This document shows positions 12,379 through 23,941 of a stretch of DNA of 64,000 nucleotides, one piece after another. The notes beneath the pieces are model-generated. The model did no database searches. It saw only the letters and a list, made by a program, of their open reading frames with translations, and was not told where the DNA came from. Positions within the stretch are counted from its first letter, which is position 1. Every line of letters begins with the position of its first letter. The position numbers and the translations under genes were made by a program. Source of the stretch: Eledone cirrhosa. Lineage: Eukaryota. The stretch lies in the NCBI GenBank assembly GCA_964016885.1, contig OZ024743.1, positions 307,520,001-307,584,000 of the forward strand, in the 5' to 3' direction.

Positions 12379-12917
12379 ATGGAATACTGTTAGCTTCTCG
12401 CTACAACAATTTCTATACTTTTCATTTATATATATAGATATATATATTTGTCTCATTCTGACGTCACCAGCCCTGTTTTTCCACATGTGCGTTTATTTTA
12501 ATAACCACGCATGATGTTAAACTAACCTGCTTTTAAATTCCCTTTTTGGCATATTACCAGTGAGACCTTGGTTACCATGTTGAGCTCTGCTGAGGAACGA
12601 AATCCAACCGTGACCACCTCCACTGAAAGTTTTCGTGAAATAGTCTTTTCAAGACTATACAGAGCATTTGAAGTTGTCCCAAATTGAAGGTTGAGTACTT
12701 TAGACTTTGTTTTATCATGAGTTAAGGCTCTATTGATTTTTCCCTGGATTTCTCTAAATTCTGTTGGATAAATCTATATCCTGATTCCTTTTGAATTGAG
12801 TCTGAATTATTTTTCCCATATCTTATGTTAACTATTTTCCCATTTTGACGCTATAGTCACATATATGTTATGGAATACTGTTAGCTTCTCGCTACAACAA
12901 TTTCTATACTTTTCATT

Positions 12918-12918
<1 letters not shown>
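12110..12918 (+). repeat. Partially tandem non-coding repeat (pseudo-LTR/retrozyme-like) containing a hammerhead ribozyme
   Basis: 12110-12308 is similar to 12720-12918, and 12376-12428 repeats at 12867-12918. The copies abut (TA)n and (GA)n tracts. Confidence 0.7.
12584..12665 (+). ncRNA. Type I hammerhead ribozyme
   Basis: gctctg-CTGAGGA-acgaaa...tttcgt-GAAA-tagtc-ttttcaa-gacta-TA-cagagc. All three stems are Watson-Crick paired and the core is intact. Predicted cleavage after AUA at 12659. Confidence 0.85.
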
Positions 12919-12991
<73 letters not shown>

Positions 12992-12999
12992 AATTTATC

Positions 13000-14940
13000 G
13001 GCCAGGAGTACCTTAAAGGCCTCAAGAATAAAAAGACAATATATAAAAAACAAAGAGGATCCTGGTAAAATCTGACAAAACAAATAATTTATATGGTATG
13101 GAAAAGGACGAATATAATAACCTTATATTGAAAGAACTCAGGAAAAACTACAAAATAACATCAAATGAAGATCTTTCAACGTTAAATAGGGAAGCTTCGG
13201 AAATTATCTATAAATTAGGCATCTAAAACAGGACCGAAACCTTTATACCCAGAAAACCGAAGATTAACCTGAAGGACCACAAAAGAAATTTTGAAATTGA
13301 ACTACCAGTCAGACTCATCGCACCATCTAAATCGGACTTAGGCATAATTAGCAAGCATATATTAGATATAATTATACCACTACTTAAAGAAAAGCCACAC
13401 CTTCAACTATGGAACGGTACTAATGAAGTTATAGATTGGTTTAATAACATAAAATTAAAACATAACAAAAAATTCATTCAAATGAATATTGCAAATTACT
13501 ACTCTTCTATTATCCCTAGCTTACTTAATAAGGCACTTATATACGCGTCTAAACATACGGACCTATCTAGTGAAGAAATGAATATAATTCTAACAGCACG
13601 TAAAACCCTAATAGAATTTAATAATCATATCTGGACAAGAGCCGACAGGAAAAACAATTTTGATATCACTATGGGATCATCTGACTCGGCGCAAGTAATG
13701 AACCTCGGATTATTTATTAATAATGTACTGCATAGGAAAATGCCAAAGATGACCGGAGGTTTATATCGCGATGATATGTTACTTCTAATTGAAAACCACA
13801 GAAATAGTGAAATTAATAGGAAAAGGAAATCGATAATACAATTTTTCAACAACTACAACCTTAATTTAGAAATCGAGAATAATTACAAAATCGTTAACTT
13901 CTTAGATGTAACCTTAAACCTTAGCACAGGTCTTTACTATCCATTCCATAAAATGAACGAAAATCTAAATTACGTAAGTTTCAATTCTAGAAATATTAAA
14001 AACACTATTGTCAATAGCGTCCAACAACGTTCTCTGCTAATAAAAATATTTTTGATGATAAGGCAGAATATTACAATAAAGCTTTACATAGAGCAGGATA
14101 CTCGAATAAAATTAAATACATAGATAACAATAACATGACAAATAATCCTAGAATTAATTATAATAATAATAAACAATTTAACTTAAACACTAAACCAAAC
14201 AAAAAAACTAGAACTAGAAATATTATTTGGTACTCTCCCCCATTCTCATTAAGCGTTAAAACACCTTTAACAAAGCTATTTTTAAAGCACTAGATAAATA
14301 TTTTCCTAAAGCCCACAGATACCACTCTATTTTTAACAGACACACTATAAAACTATCCTACTCTACTACTATGAACATAGCACAAAATATAAATAGAATT
14401 AATTATAGAAACTTAAATTTAAACCCTAACCAAACTAACCAAGATAGCAATAATAATATTTCTAACAACAATATTCAGAATAATAGTACCGTTCTGAACA
14501 ACAACTCCAGAAAATGTAACTGTAGAATTAAATCAAACTGCCCTTTACAAAATAATTGCTTAGACAAAAACGTAATTTATAAATGCACAGTTAAAACTAG
14601 AGACAAAGTATTTAACTATATTGGTGCCACTTCTACAAAATTCAATGAACGCTGGTATAACCATAAACACAGATTTAATAGATCCGATAAAAAATGTCCA
14701 CTTCACTTTCACATTTAATTTGGAACTTAAAAGACAACAATATAGACTATTCAATATCTTGAGGAACGATTTCGAAAGCACCTGCATACCGAAATATGGC
14801 TTTCTCAAGATTCTGTAACTTGTGTATCGAAGAAATTTTTTATATAATTAACTGTCAAAACTCTATTAATCTTAAAACAGAATTATTTTCTACTTGCAGA
14901 CATCGCCAAAATTCCACTTTCAGAAGTATTTTTAATTTAT
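13000..14940 (+). mobile_element. Penelope-like element (RT plus C-terminal GIY-YIG endonuclease), decayed
   Basis: LKDHK, FDITMGSSDSAQ, GLYRDD, VNFLDVTLNL, RNIIWYSPPFS and CNCRIKSNCPLQNNCL...VIYKC...YIG...FNERWYNHK. Contains stops and frameshifts. Confidence 0.9.
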
Positions 14941-15148
14941 GATATTCATTACACTTGACTATATCTTATACACCTTCAAAATAATCCTATTTTCTTTAAA
15001 AATTTAAATTTAAATTTTCTTAATATTTCTACTATTTTTACCATTTGACATTGATTTTTTAATATTTTTTTTAATATTTTTACCTTTTGACATTATTTTC
15101 CTAAAGGTACCCCTCTAAATATATTTTTTTAGATGTCGATTGATATTC

Positions 15149-15191
<43 letters not shown>

Positions 15192-15303
15192 AAAATAACA
15201 GATTAAAGTTTAATAAATATTTGCTCTACGGTTCTTATATATTTGATATATATTTATCCTTATCGAGCCCTCCTTGGATTTTAGTCTTCAAATTTATTAT
15301 TAT

Positions 15304-15356
<53 letters not shown>

Positions 15357-15484
15357 TTGGTTAGGCAAAATAAGACCACACATTTCACAAGGAAGACATT
15401 ATTAAAAGATTGTCAACATATTTTAGTTTGATGTAAGGAATGTAGAGAATAATAATAATAATAATATTAATAATAATAATGTCC

Positions 15485-15604
15485 GTTTACAATTGTTTCG
15501 CTACTCCATATAATATTTCTGTGTCAGATGACTATATATCATAATTGATCTGGTTCAGTTGAAAATAATTAACATATATAAAAAACAGAGTGGCTCATCG
15601 GAAC
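15485..15604 (-). ncRNA. Hammerhead ribozyme-like motif with CCGAUGA core and long stem II insert
   Basis: Minus strand reads gtt-CCGATGA-gccactc...gagtagc-GAAA-caattg-TA-aac, with palindromic ACAATTGT in stem III. It lies downstream of the minus-strand Penelope ORF. Confidence 0.55.
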
Positions 15605-16019
15605 TTCAAAGGAATATAAATTAAAATAATGGGATAATGTTACATAATATAATGTTCCATATATTGGTTTTTACTATGGTGTCTTGGTTGCATCAGTTGT
15701 CAGCCATAATCAAGCAATATTCATCTGTCGAGGCTGCATTGTGTGAGATCTGCCTATGCGTAACAAGATGGCTGCCAAAGAGCATATTTACCTTACTAAT
15801 TAGAGGGTGGTTTCAGGGGAAGTAACTTCTCGAGAGATTAGAAATTGTGGGTGTTTATAGTTAAGTACTAATTTAAAAATTTTTTTAATTGAGAGACAAT
15901 GTAGGGGAGGTAACTTATAATTATCGAGTTGTTCATAGCAATTTAACTTATTAGCTACAAGTAAAAATGGGGCTACATGACTAAGTTGGGTCAAAAATTC
16001 TATTGGCGAAGGAATTAGC

Positions 16020-18372
16020 CCTTCGATGTTGACAGCTAATGGTTATCTCCGTTCTATCGTTAATCGGTAGAGGTCGTGATAGAGTTATGTAATATGCTTC
16101 CGTAACACAGAGATCACAAGATTTTCTTCGTCCATTGAACGATATCCCATTTTAGTGAATGTTGAACGTTGTTTAATTTAAGGTTTTTAATGAGCCTAGC
16201 TAGCGATGTCGAACATCTGTTGCTAGGGTCTCGGAAGGAGAAAGAGTGCGCGTTATAGCGTACCTTAAAAGGGTTAAAGGTAGACCCGATATAAGAGCTG
16301 GTATTCGAAGTAGTCTCAACCATGCACCTATAGACTATGTTGGGTGTCAGGCAGTGTCCATTTAATGGGCATGCATTGGGGTAACAGCAGTTGCAGTTGC
16401 TTCTGCGGTTAGTGAGAGTAGGGTTGTTTAACCTAAGCGGTAGGTCCGTGCTAGAATGATTAGATGGGGGAGGTGTGCTACTAGAGTAATTATTGGTGTA
16501 GTGGCGTGGTGTATTTGATAGGGGTGGTGGTACCACGGTGTGGGAGTTATACTTACTGTCTTAGCTTATGATGGTTACTGAACGCGGTGTTGTGGAGAAT
16601 GAGATTTTAATGTTATTTTTGTTAAAGAGTTTGTAATATCTATGGTTGGGAAGGGGAAGTGTTTGGATAGGATAGAGAAGAAGAGTTTGGGGATATTAGT
16701 GGCTAGATTAGATGAGAATGGGGGGTTGAGCCAGGTGATATTTCTAGGTCTATTCCTTCTAGAGGTTCTAGTGGAGTTGGTAGGGGCCTTCCTAGGGTTA
16801 TTATTACCTGGGGATTTGTTATTTGTCATCCCATTTCTCATTCCTATTCTAGGGTTGATTTTTAGTTTGCTACTTGGAGTGGGGAGCAGGCCCCTGCCAC
16901 CATTAAAGTTCCCTGTATAGGTGCTGTTACTGCTAAAATTCCGGCGAATCTGGCTATATGCTAAGGTATTTCTAGTTCTAGTGTTAAGTTTATTATGGTG
17001 AATTGCTGTGTTATGGCATTTAGGTATGTAATAAATTGATTGTTTATAACCAGATTCAGAGAGAGCCTTATTATAATATTGTGCGTGGTTTATAAATATC
17101 TCCTCATTTGCTGATAGCATTGAGATCCTATATGAGATAGATTTGATTACTGCTCTGATGACTGCCGGTGGGTGGTTAGAGTGTGGGCTAATATATGTGA
17201 GTATTTCACCTGGTTTATGGTAAGGGTTATAATTGTTTCTACTTTAGGCACAAGGCCAGCAATTACCCAGTGCATTACTGGTACTTTATTTTATCGACCC
17301 CGTAAGGATGAAAGGCAAAGTCAACCTCGGCTGGATTTGAACTCAGACCGTAAAGGGATATAACTATGGTGGAAAGCATGGCGTCCGACCCTCTACCGAT
17401 ACTGCCAATCCACCTTGGTAAGGGTTATAATGGTTATTGTTGAGATCCAGGGTGACGTCTAGGAAGTTTACTACTTTATGGGTCGGCTCGATGGTGATAG
17501 AGAGACCGTTATTTTTGAAAAATCTATGTAATTGTTTCTTTAGCAAATCGATTCCCCGATTAGTGCAATTGTGGACCGCAAATAGGGCGTCGTCCCTGTA
17601 TATTCCGCCTTGCATGGGTTGGATTTCGGCTCTGATATTACGTAATAGGTAAATCCCAACTAAATCGGTGATTTGCGCGGAGTCACTTGAGCCCATCGTA
17701 ATGTCAAAGTTGTCTGTTCTATCTTTTCTAGTCCAGAGTGCTCCGTTGAATTCAATGAGAGTCTGCCTAGCCATAAGTATGATGTTAATCTCATTATTGG
17801 TTATGTCCGAGTTGGTGGTGGCTAGGGCTAATGCTTTGTTGAGCAGTTCCGGGGTTATTGACGCGTAATAGCTGTCTATGTCAAATTGGATGAACCTCAT
17901 AGATTGCTTGGACCTTAGATCGGAGAACCATCTGATGACTTGGCCGGTGTTGGACCACAACTTGTAGGTGGTATCATCCCGTAGCCCAGGAATTATCCTA
18001 TCAAGGATGTTCTTACTGATGCGGCCCAGGTCAGATGTGGTTGGGCTTATGAGTCTAATGGATGGGTTCTCTATAAAGTTTGGCTTGTGATCCTTGAGAG
18101 AGAACCTTGGGGTTGTTGGTACATAAGGGTGGGTAAATCTATCCAGATGCAAGTCCTTAACCAAAGCCTGGGCTTTTCGGTTAAGTACGTTTACACTGGA
18201 GGGTGTAGTTTTTTTATAGTCTTTATTGAGTTCTTTAAGAAGGAAAGAGTTGTAAGTTTCAGGAGTCATGGTGTATAGATTTTTAGTTTTGTCAGACATA
18301 ACATGTAAGAGGTTGCTTCTTTAAATTTTTTTATAGTTGTTTTTAATTTAGTGAGGAAGTTATTCTTGAGGA
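16020..18372 (-). mobile_element. Second Penelope-like element (RT plus C-terminal GIY-YIG), interrupted by a SINE
   Basis: SDKTKNLY, LKDHKPNF, QFDIDSYY, ITMGSSDSAQ, GIYRDD, RNITWLNPPFS and CNCCYPNACPLNGHCL...VYRC...YIGST...FKVRYNAH. Confidence 0.9.
17234..17415 (-). mobile_element. tRNA-derived SINE with 16-bp target-site duplication
   Basis: A-box tggcagtatcggt, B-box gagttcaaatcc, core gactttgcctttcatccttacggggtcgataaa. TSD tggtaagggttataat at 17218-17233 and 17416-17431. Confidence 0.9.
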
Positions 18373-18535
18373 AGTCATTCTTCTGCATGAACCCAGCCAC
18401 CTAGCTGCTTTCTACTGCATATTGCACATTGAGCACATGTCTTTACGCTTTGGCTTCTATCTAACTCACCAATCTCTCCTCTCATATCTCCTCTACTATC
18501 TTCATCTCTCTCTTTAAGATTGGTTACTCTTGAAC

Positions 18536-18601
<66 letters not shown>

Positions 18602-18628
18602 GTATACAAATCAATACAATATAATTAC

Positions 18629-18967
18629 CTCATTACCAGAGGTTTCCCGAATGAGGCGAATACGAAATAAACGACTTCATTCGTTCGTCAGACGAGGCAA
18701 TATAAAACATGGGTAAATACTTAGAAAAACTCATCAAGAAAATCAAAAAAAGATATAGATAAATGAAATAGAAATTGAAATATATAAAAATCTATCAAGA
18801 AATATAGTTAGGTGTGTTCAATTTCTATTTCATTTATCTATATCTTTTTTTGATTTTCTTGATGAGTTTTTCTAAGTATTTACCCATGTTTTATATTGCC
18901 TCGTCTGACGAACGAATGAAGTCGTTTATTTCGTATTCGCCTCATTCGGGAAACCTCTGGTAATGAG
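18629..18967. repeat. 151-bp inverted repeat with 37-nt spacer, each arm carrying a hammerhead-like core
   Basis: Arms 18629-18779 and 18817-18967 are reverse complements. Each contains CTGACGA-acgaatga...tcattcgg-GAAA-cctc-tggtaat-gag(g). Confidence 0.9.
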
Positions 18968-19056
18968 TGATTTTTATACATTAAATTTTGCTCTGATACT
19001 TACATAGAGCACTCTTCATTTCTATGACCTTTTCTGTTTCCAACGGAAATTTCAAT

Positions 19057-19154
<98 letters not shown>

Positions 19155-19239
19155 TTCAATATACACAACTGAATTCATTCGCCTAATATAGGTGTTGCCT
19201 CCCTTGCTGAACTCCACGTGGGGTCAGTAATAGTCACAC

Positions 19240-19580
19240 TTATGTATAGCATTTGAGCAGAATCCCGTTGAAAAAGTGGCTTCCTTGTTCAGTCATCTTA
19301 CCAGAAGCCTAACATTCTTTATGTAAGCGGACAGTAATTGATTTATGGAGCCGCAGAAACCCAAATACTGGATTTTACCATCTCCAGGGGTCCAGGTAAA
19401 TTTTCAATCACATATATTTTTATTTGTTTGACCCGAATTGCTTGATCGTTTTTTTTGGCTGTGCGGATGATTAGTTTAACCACCATCTCAGTGTGTTTGG
19501 CCTTTAACGTATGTTGTAGCTCTAATTCATATGAATTATCGAGCGCTTGCCACACAACTCGGAAGTGTTTTTCGTTAATT
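19240..19580 (-). mobile_element. Possible highly decayed mariner-like transposase fragment
   Basis: LEMVKSSIWV resembles the region preceding the mariner WVPHEL motif. The sequence is heavily disrupted. Confidence 0.25.
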
Positions 19581-20356
19581 CCTGAGCTGAAATTCGATTC
19601 TCGCTAATATATATATATATATTATTTATAGTTATGTATACACTATATACAACTATAAACAGGAAAGGTCAGTAATTTATTACTACCTTATTGTCAGTAA
19701 GAAAAAATAGCTCAATGTAAATACATGAGATGTTTTACAGAGCCGGAATATACAGCAACTTGAAACCCTGATAGCAATATAATAGGACCGGTGTACGATC
19801 CATTGCTGTGACTGATTAAAACCATTCACTAAAATAAAACATAGCCAATGTAATGGAAAAGATAACAATAACATTAATACTCTCAGCACATATACATTTG
19901 AACATTACAGAAACAACAGTCACACTACATCCACCATAAAGCCATAGTTTTAATACAAAAACAGCTTTACCTGATATGCTTATTTCATGTGATACCTTTG
20001 CCTTGCAAAAAATTATATATGCCTAATACCATTGCTTGTTTCCTTCCTGTATATGACCAATGCATTTGCACCCTCTTAACGCTTGCATATGTACTCGTTT
20101 TACGAGTAACTTTCTACCTTAATGCCTCTTTAGTTGTTATACTATTCCCTTATAATCTCTGTCGCTTGCATTTCACTCTGTACCATTATAGCTTTTAATT
20201 TTTAATTTGTAATTTTTAATTTTTAATTTTAATTATTGAATAATTGAATATCCATTTCACCTTGTAAATACCAAACTGTTGACAACATTAATATCCATGT
20301 ATCTATATGATTGTTCAGTTGAATAGGAGGTTAATTATATGTACAAACATTGCTAC

Positions 20357-20403
20357 TGCTCCGATGATTCCAAACAATAGTTTGGAAGAAACGATTGTCA
20401 GCA
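20357..20403 (+). ncRNA. Minimal type I hammerhead ribozyme with CCGAUGA core
   Basis: tgct-CCGATGA-ttccaaac-aata-gtttggaa-GAAA-cgattg-TC-agca, immediately followed by AATAAA. Perfect 8-bp stem II, 4-bp stem I, GUC triplet. Confidence 0.75.
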
Positions 20404-20437
20404 ATAAAATGATTTGAACATAGCTTTGATTATTGTG

Positions 20438-20481
<44 letters not shown>

Positions 20482-20786
20482 CCAAAGATTAGTATGGTTC
20501 GTTGATTACTCAACGAATACAATTTTACAATAGATTAGAAGCACTCAATAGAAATGCTTTCCTGGAGTTTTTAATATTGATTATTCTATTCCAGTATTGG
20601 CAGTACTGGAATTGAATAATCAAGACCGTAGCGGTATGTCATATATCAAATCATATATTTTGTCTGATGAGGACGCACTTAAAAAACAACACAGTACCTT
20701 TGAAATATATATAATAAAGTATATATTTTGATTATGCGAATATTTTTCATTTGTTAACATTTTGAATAATATATATATATATATAT

Positions 20787-20878
20787 AAATGAACTATTTC
20801 CGTCGGAAAGGTACAGGAAAAAAAGAGTGCTCTATGTAGGCTACAGAGCTGTACCTTTCCGACGGAAATACTTCATTT
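20787..20878. repeat. 30-bp inverted repeat (hairpin)
   Basis: aaatgaactatttccgtcggaaaggtacag / ctgtacctttccgacggaaatacttcattt, with 1 mismatch and a 32-nt loop. Confidence 0.8.
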
Positions 20879-21149
20879 AAACAGCTCCCACCGGAAATGA
20901 TCGAAGCATATTCTATATTACATATATGATTGGCACCTTCCAGCCCGATAAGTTGAGCACTCTACAGTTTCAGGAAATTAACCAACATACACTATGGACG
21001 TTTATGAATTGGATTATTCTATCAAAAATATACCTACTCCTTCCAATACCACTTATATACATAACTCTCTCTATATATATACACACACACACTTCGTTTT
21101 CGTATTTGTTTTGCAATATTTCTTATCTGAAAACGTGTGTTGAAACAGA

Positions 21150-21765
21150 TATTGTCATACTTTCGCAGGGTCATGCTGCCAATATAAAACACATGCACCT
21201 GTTGGTATTCACTTCAATTTATCATAAATATCTGATTGGTTGGTTTAATAATCGGATGGTTGTTTATTTATTGTCAAAGCTCTTTCGCCACACATTCTGT
21301 GACCTCCTCAGTGACCGATTTGTTATTTTGCGTCTCTCCTTTTTTCTGACCTACATCACCTTGTTTTTATGTGTTGTATGCTGTGTACTTGGTTTGCGTA
21401 TGCGTTATATCTGTGTGTGTGTTTATTTACTTGTCACTAGTTGTTTGTTTGTTCTATCTGCGTGTCTCTGATTTGTTTTATTAGTTTGGTTCTATGTGTC
21501 TCTGTATATCTTTATCTTGACTTAATTACTAGTTGTGATATTGTTGCTATTCCATTCATGTTTTCTGTTTAATTTTGGTTGGAGTTCGTTAATGTTTGTC
21601 GCTTCTGTCATCTGTAGGAGCATTGCGTCTTTTTTATGTGTGGATATCATTTTTATCTCTACGTTCTCTAGTGTGCTCCCATGTTCCATTTTGGCATGTT
21701 GTTGGAGTACTGATGAGTTCTTCTCATCTTGGAGTTTTCGCCAGTGTTCATTTATGTTAATGCGT
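21150..21765 (-). mobile_element. 3' end of a different Penelope-like family (GIY-YIG C-terminus plus 3' UTR)
   Basis: RINEHWRKLQDEKNSSVLQQHAKMEH...KKDAMLLQMTEATNINELQPKLNRKHEW. The UTR is repeated at ~35970-36190. Confidence 0.7.
21273..21315 (-). ncRNA. Minimal hammerhead-like motif in a Penelope 3' UTR
   Basis: gtca-CTGAGGA-g-gtcaca-gaatg-tgtggc-GAAA-gagc-TT-tgac followed by AATAAA. One extra nucleotide precedes stem II. Confidence 0.5.
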
Positions 21766-21849
21766 TATATAAATAAAGTGTTCATTTATATAAATCAACA
21801 CTGGCAAGAACTCCAGTACCAGTAATGCATCTTTTTATTTTGTCTCAAG

Positions 21850-22085
21850 CCTGGAGGCTCATCAGGCCGGTGCTTATCCCGGTTTCCGTGACGTGAAACG
21901 ACAGAGAGTACAAGACTTCCCCGAAGACAGGACGCCAGTCCATCGCAGGGTTAAACCCACAGCTATTGCTGATACTCATTTTCAGCTGAGTATACTGGAG
22001 CAATAAAGTGTTTTGCTCAAGAACACAACATGCAACCCAGCCCAGGATCGAACATACAGCATAATGATCGTAAGTCCAACACTCT
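21850..22085 (-). mobile_element. tRNA-derived SINE (CORE-like family)
   Basis: B-box gttcgatcc, followed by gttgtgttcttgagcaaaacacttt. Inverted relative to the 22797-23060 copy. Confidence 0.75.
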
Positions 22086-22796
22086 TCTCGCTCTCCAAAA
22101 TTGCTGTCCTTGTGCCTAAATCAGAAACCATTATTAGGAAAGTAAATGAATTTCAATATTTTGGCTGCTGCTTGTTTTGGCAGAGAACTGCAGTTTCTTA
22201 TGAATCAATTACAATTATGTTAACGTAAAAAAAAAACAAAAACAAAAAAACCCCCAGAAAGAATCAATAAAAATGCTTTTATTATTGTTCTAATCGTTAA
22301 TGTTTTCATTTACTGAAATACTTTCGCCTAATGCCGTAAAAGACACTACGTATTTTCAATTTCATTTTGATAATGAATAATATCTGTTCAGGATAATGTC
22401 AGGGATTTTAAACAGCAACACAATTAGGAATTGCGAAAATAAATAAACAAATAAATGATATGGAATTTATATTTTTTTTACATTCCACCATCATAATCTA
22501 CAACTTCGAAAATATGCGTCTGCAAAAAAAAAAAAAAAAAAATACATTACGTTGGTGGTGATGGGGAACTAAACCGTAGTTTTGTCTTTTCTTTTATGTT
22601 AAAATGTTTATATTAGTCTAAAAAACTTCTATCGTAATTTCATGTAAGAACCTGTTAAGCTATTCCCCAAACACCAGTTTAGTAATGGCCTTTCATCCTT
22701 CCAGGGTCGATAAAATGAAGTACCAGTAATGCACTGAGTATTTGCTGGCCTTGTGCCAAAAGTAGAAACAATTATTAAATCCTTCCAAGTTGTTGA

Positions 22797-23060
22797 AGAC
22801 ACGTGGCCTAGTGGTAAGGGTGTTGGATTTATGATCATAATGTCGTGGGTTCGATTCCTGGACTGGGTTGTGTGTTGTGTTCTTGAGCAAAATACTTCAT
22901 TTCACGTTGCTCCAGTATACTCAGCTAGAAACGAGTACCAGCAATAGCTGGGGGTGGGGGACTACCGTCTTGTCTTCGGGGACGTCTTGTACTCTCAGTC
23001 GCTTCACACCACAGAAACGGGTTAGGCACCAGCCCGATGAGCCTCCTGGCTCGACACAGA
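22797..23060 (+). mobile_element. tRNA-derived SINE (CORE-like family)
   Basis: A-box tggcctagtggt, B-box ggttcgattcc, core tgtgttcttgagcaaaatacttc. Confidence 0.8.
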
Positions 23061-23499
23061 CTTAAGATTTTAGTTATTCTTGATTGAAAATCTGAGGCAG
23101 TATCTTTCATTAAAACTATAGTAACAAAAGGACTAAAGTGTTTATATTTATGTAAGAACCTCTGTTAAGTTATGTTCGAAAGACCAGCTTAATATTTTGT
23201 AGCAAGAGTTGCCTCCCTTGTTGTGACGATCACATCACCAACAGAGTAACGCTCTCAGTCTGTTTTCTCGTTTTTCAGTCTAATCAGCGCCCTGAAAAAA
23301 ACATCTGTAAAATTCCATTTAATATATATATACATTAAATAGAAGTACATACATATAATCAATTAATTATTGCTAGGAAAATATATACAATCAAAGCGAA
23401 AGAACCTCCCCCCACCCCCCAAAAAACCCCTATCAATTGAACACTAAGATTTTTCGCTTTGATTATATGTTTTTGTGTATTATAGTTATAAGGTTCCAG

Positions 23500-23670
23500 G
23501 GCGGTGAATTGGCAGTATCGGTAGAGGGTTGGATTATGCTTTCCAGCATAGTTACGTCCCTTTACGATCTGAGTTAACTTTGCCTTTCATCCTTACGGGG
23601 TCGATAAAATAAAGTATCAGTGATGTACTGGATAATTGCTGGCGTTGTGCCAAAAAGTAGAAACAATTAT
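23500..23670 (+). mobile_element. tRNA-derived SINE (same family as 17234-17415)
   Basis: Same head, core and tail. Further copies at ~22693-22775, 25483-25585, 28212-28318, 36520-36715, 39872-40057 and 40400-40590. Confidence 0.85.
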
Positions 23671-23905
23671 ATTTATAAGGTTCCTAGCAATAATTAATTG
23701 CTTATATATATATATATGTTTATCCCAGGTTCAATTGGGGGTAACCTCAGTAAGTAAGGTACTCAAAACATAGCAGAGTATAAATATTTATTATAGAAAT
23801 GGCTTCTACATATGTGTGTGTGTGTGTAAACAGAAATAACAAAACAAACGGCACAGTATTTGGCAGAAATATATTAGTTTAACGATTGAAATTGCAGGAA
23901 GAGAG

Positions 23906-23941
23906 TCTTAACGTTTCAGACACTACTCCTTCATCAGAAGA
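23906..23941 (-). ncRNA. Minimal hammerhead ribozyme motif (36 nt)
   Basis: tctt-CTGATGA-agg-agtagtg-tct-GAAA-cg-TT-aaga. Stem III is reduced to the palindrome AACGTT. Confidence 0.6.

Noticed and set aside
20660-20720. CTGATGA...GAAA candidate hammerhead
   Set aside because: Stem II cannot be paired convincingly, and the AT-rich pairing may be chance.
22797-22870. tRNA-like sequence with A and B boxes
   Set aside because: It continues into SINE core and tail sequence, and no intact cloverleaf is evident. It is a SINE head, as are similar heads at 31075 and 42165.
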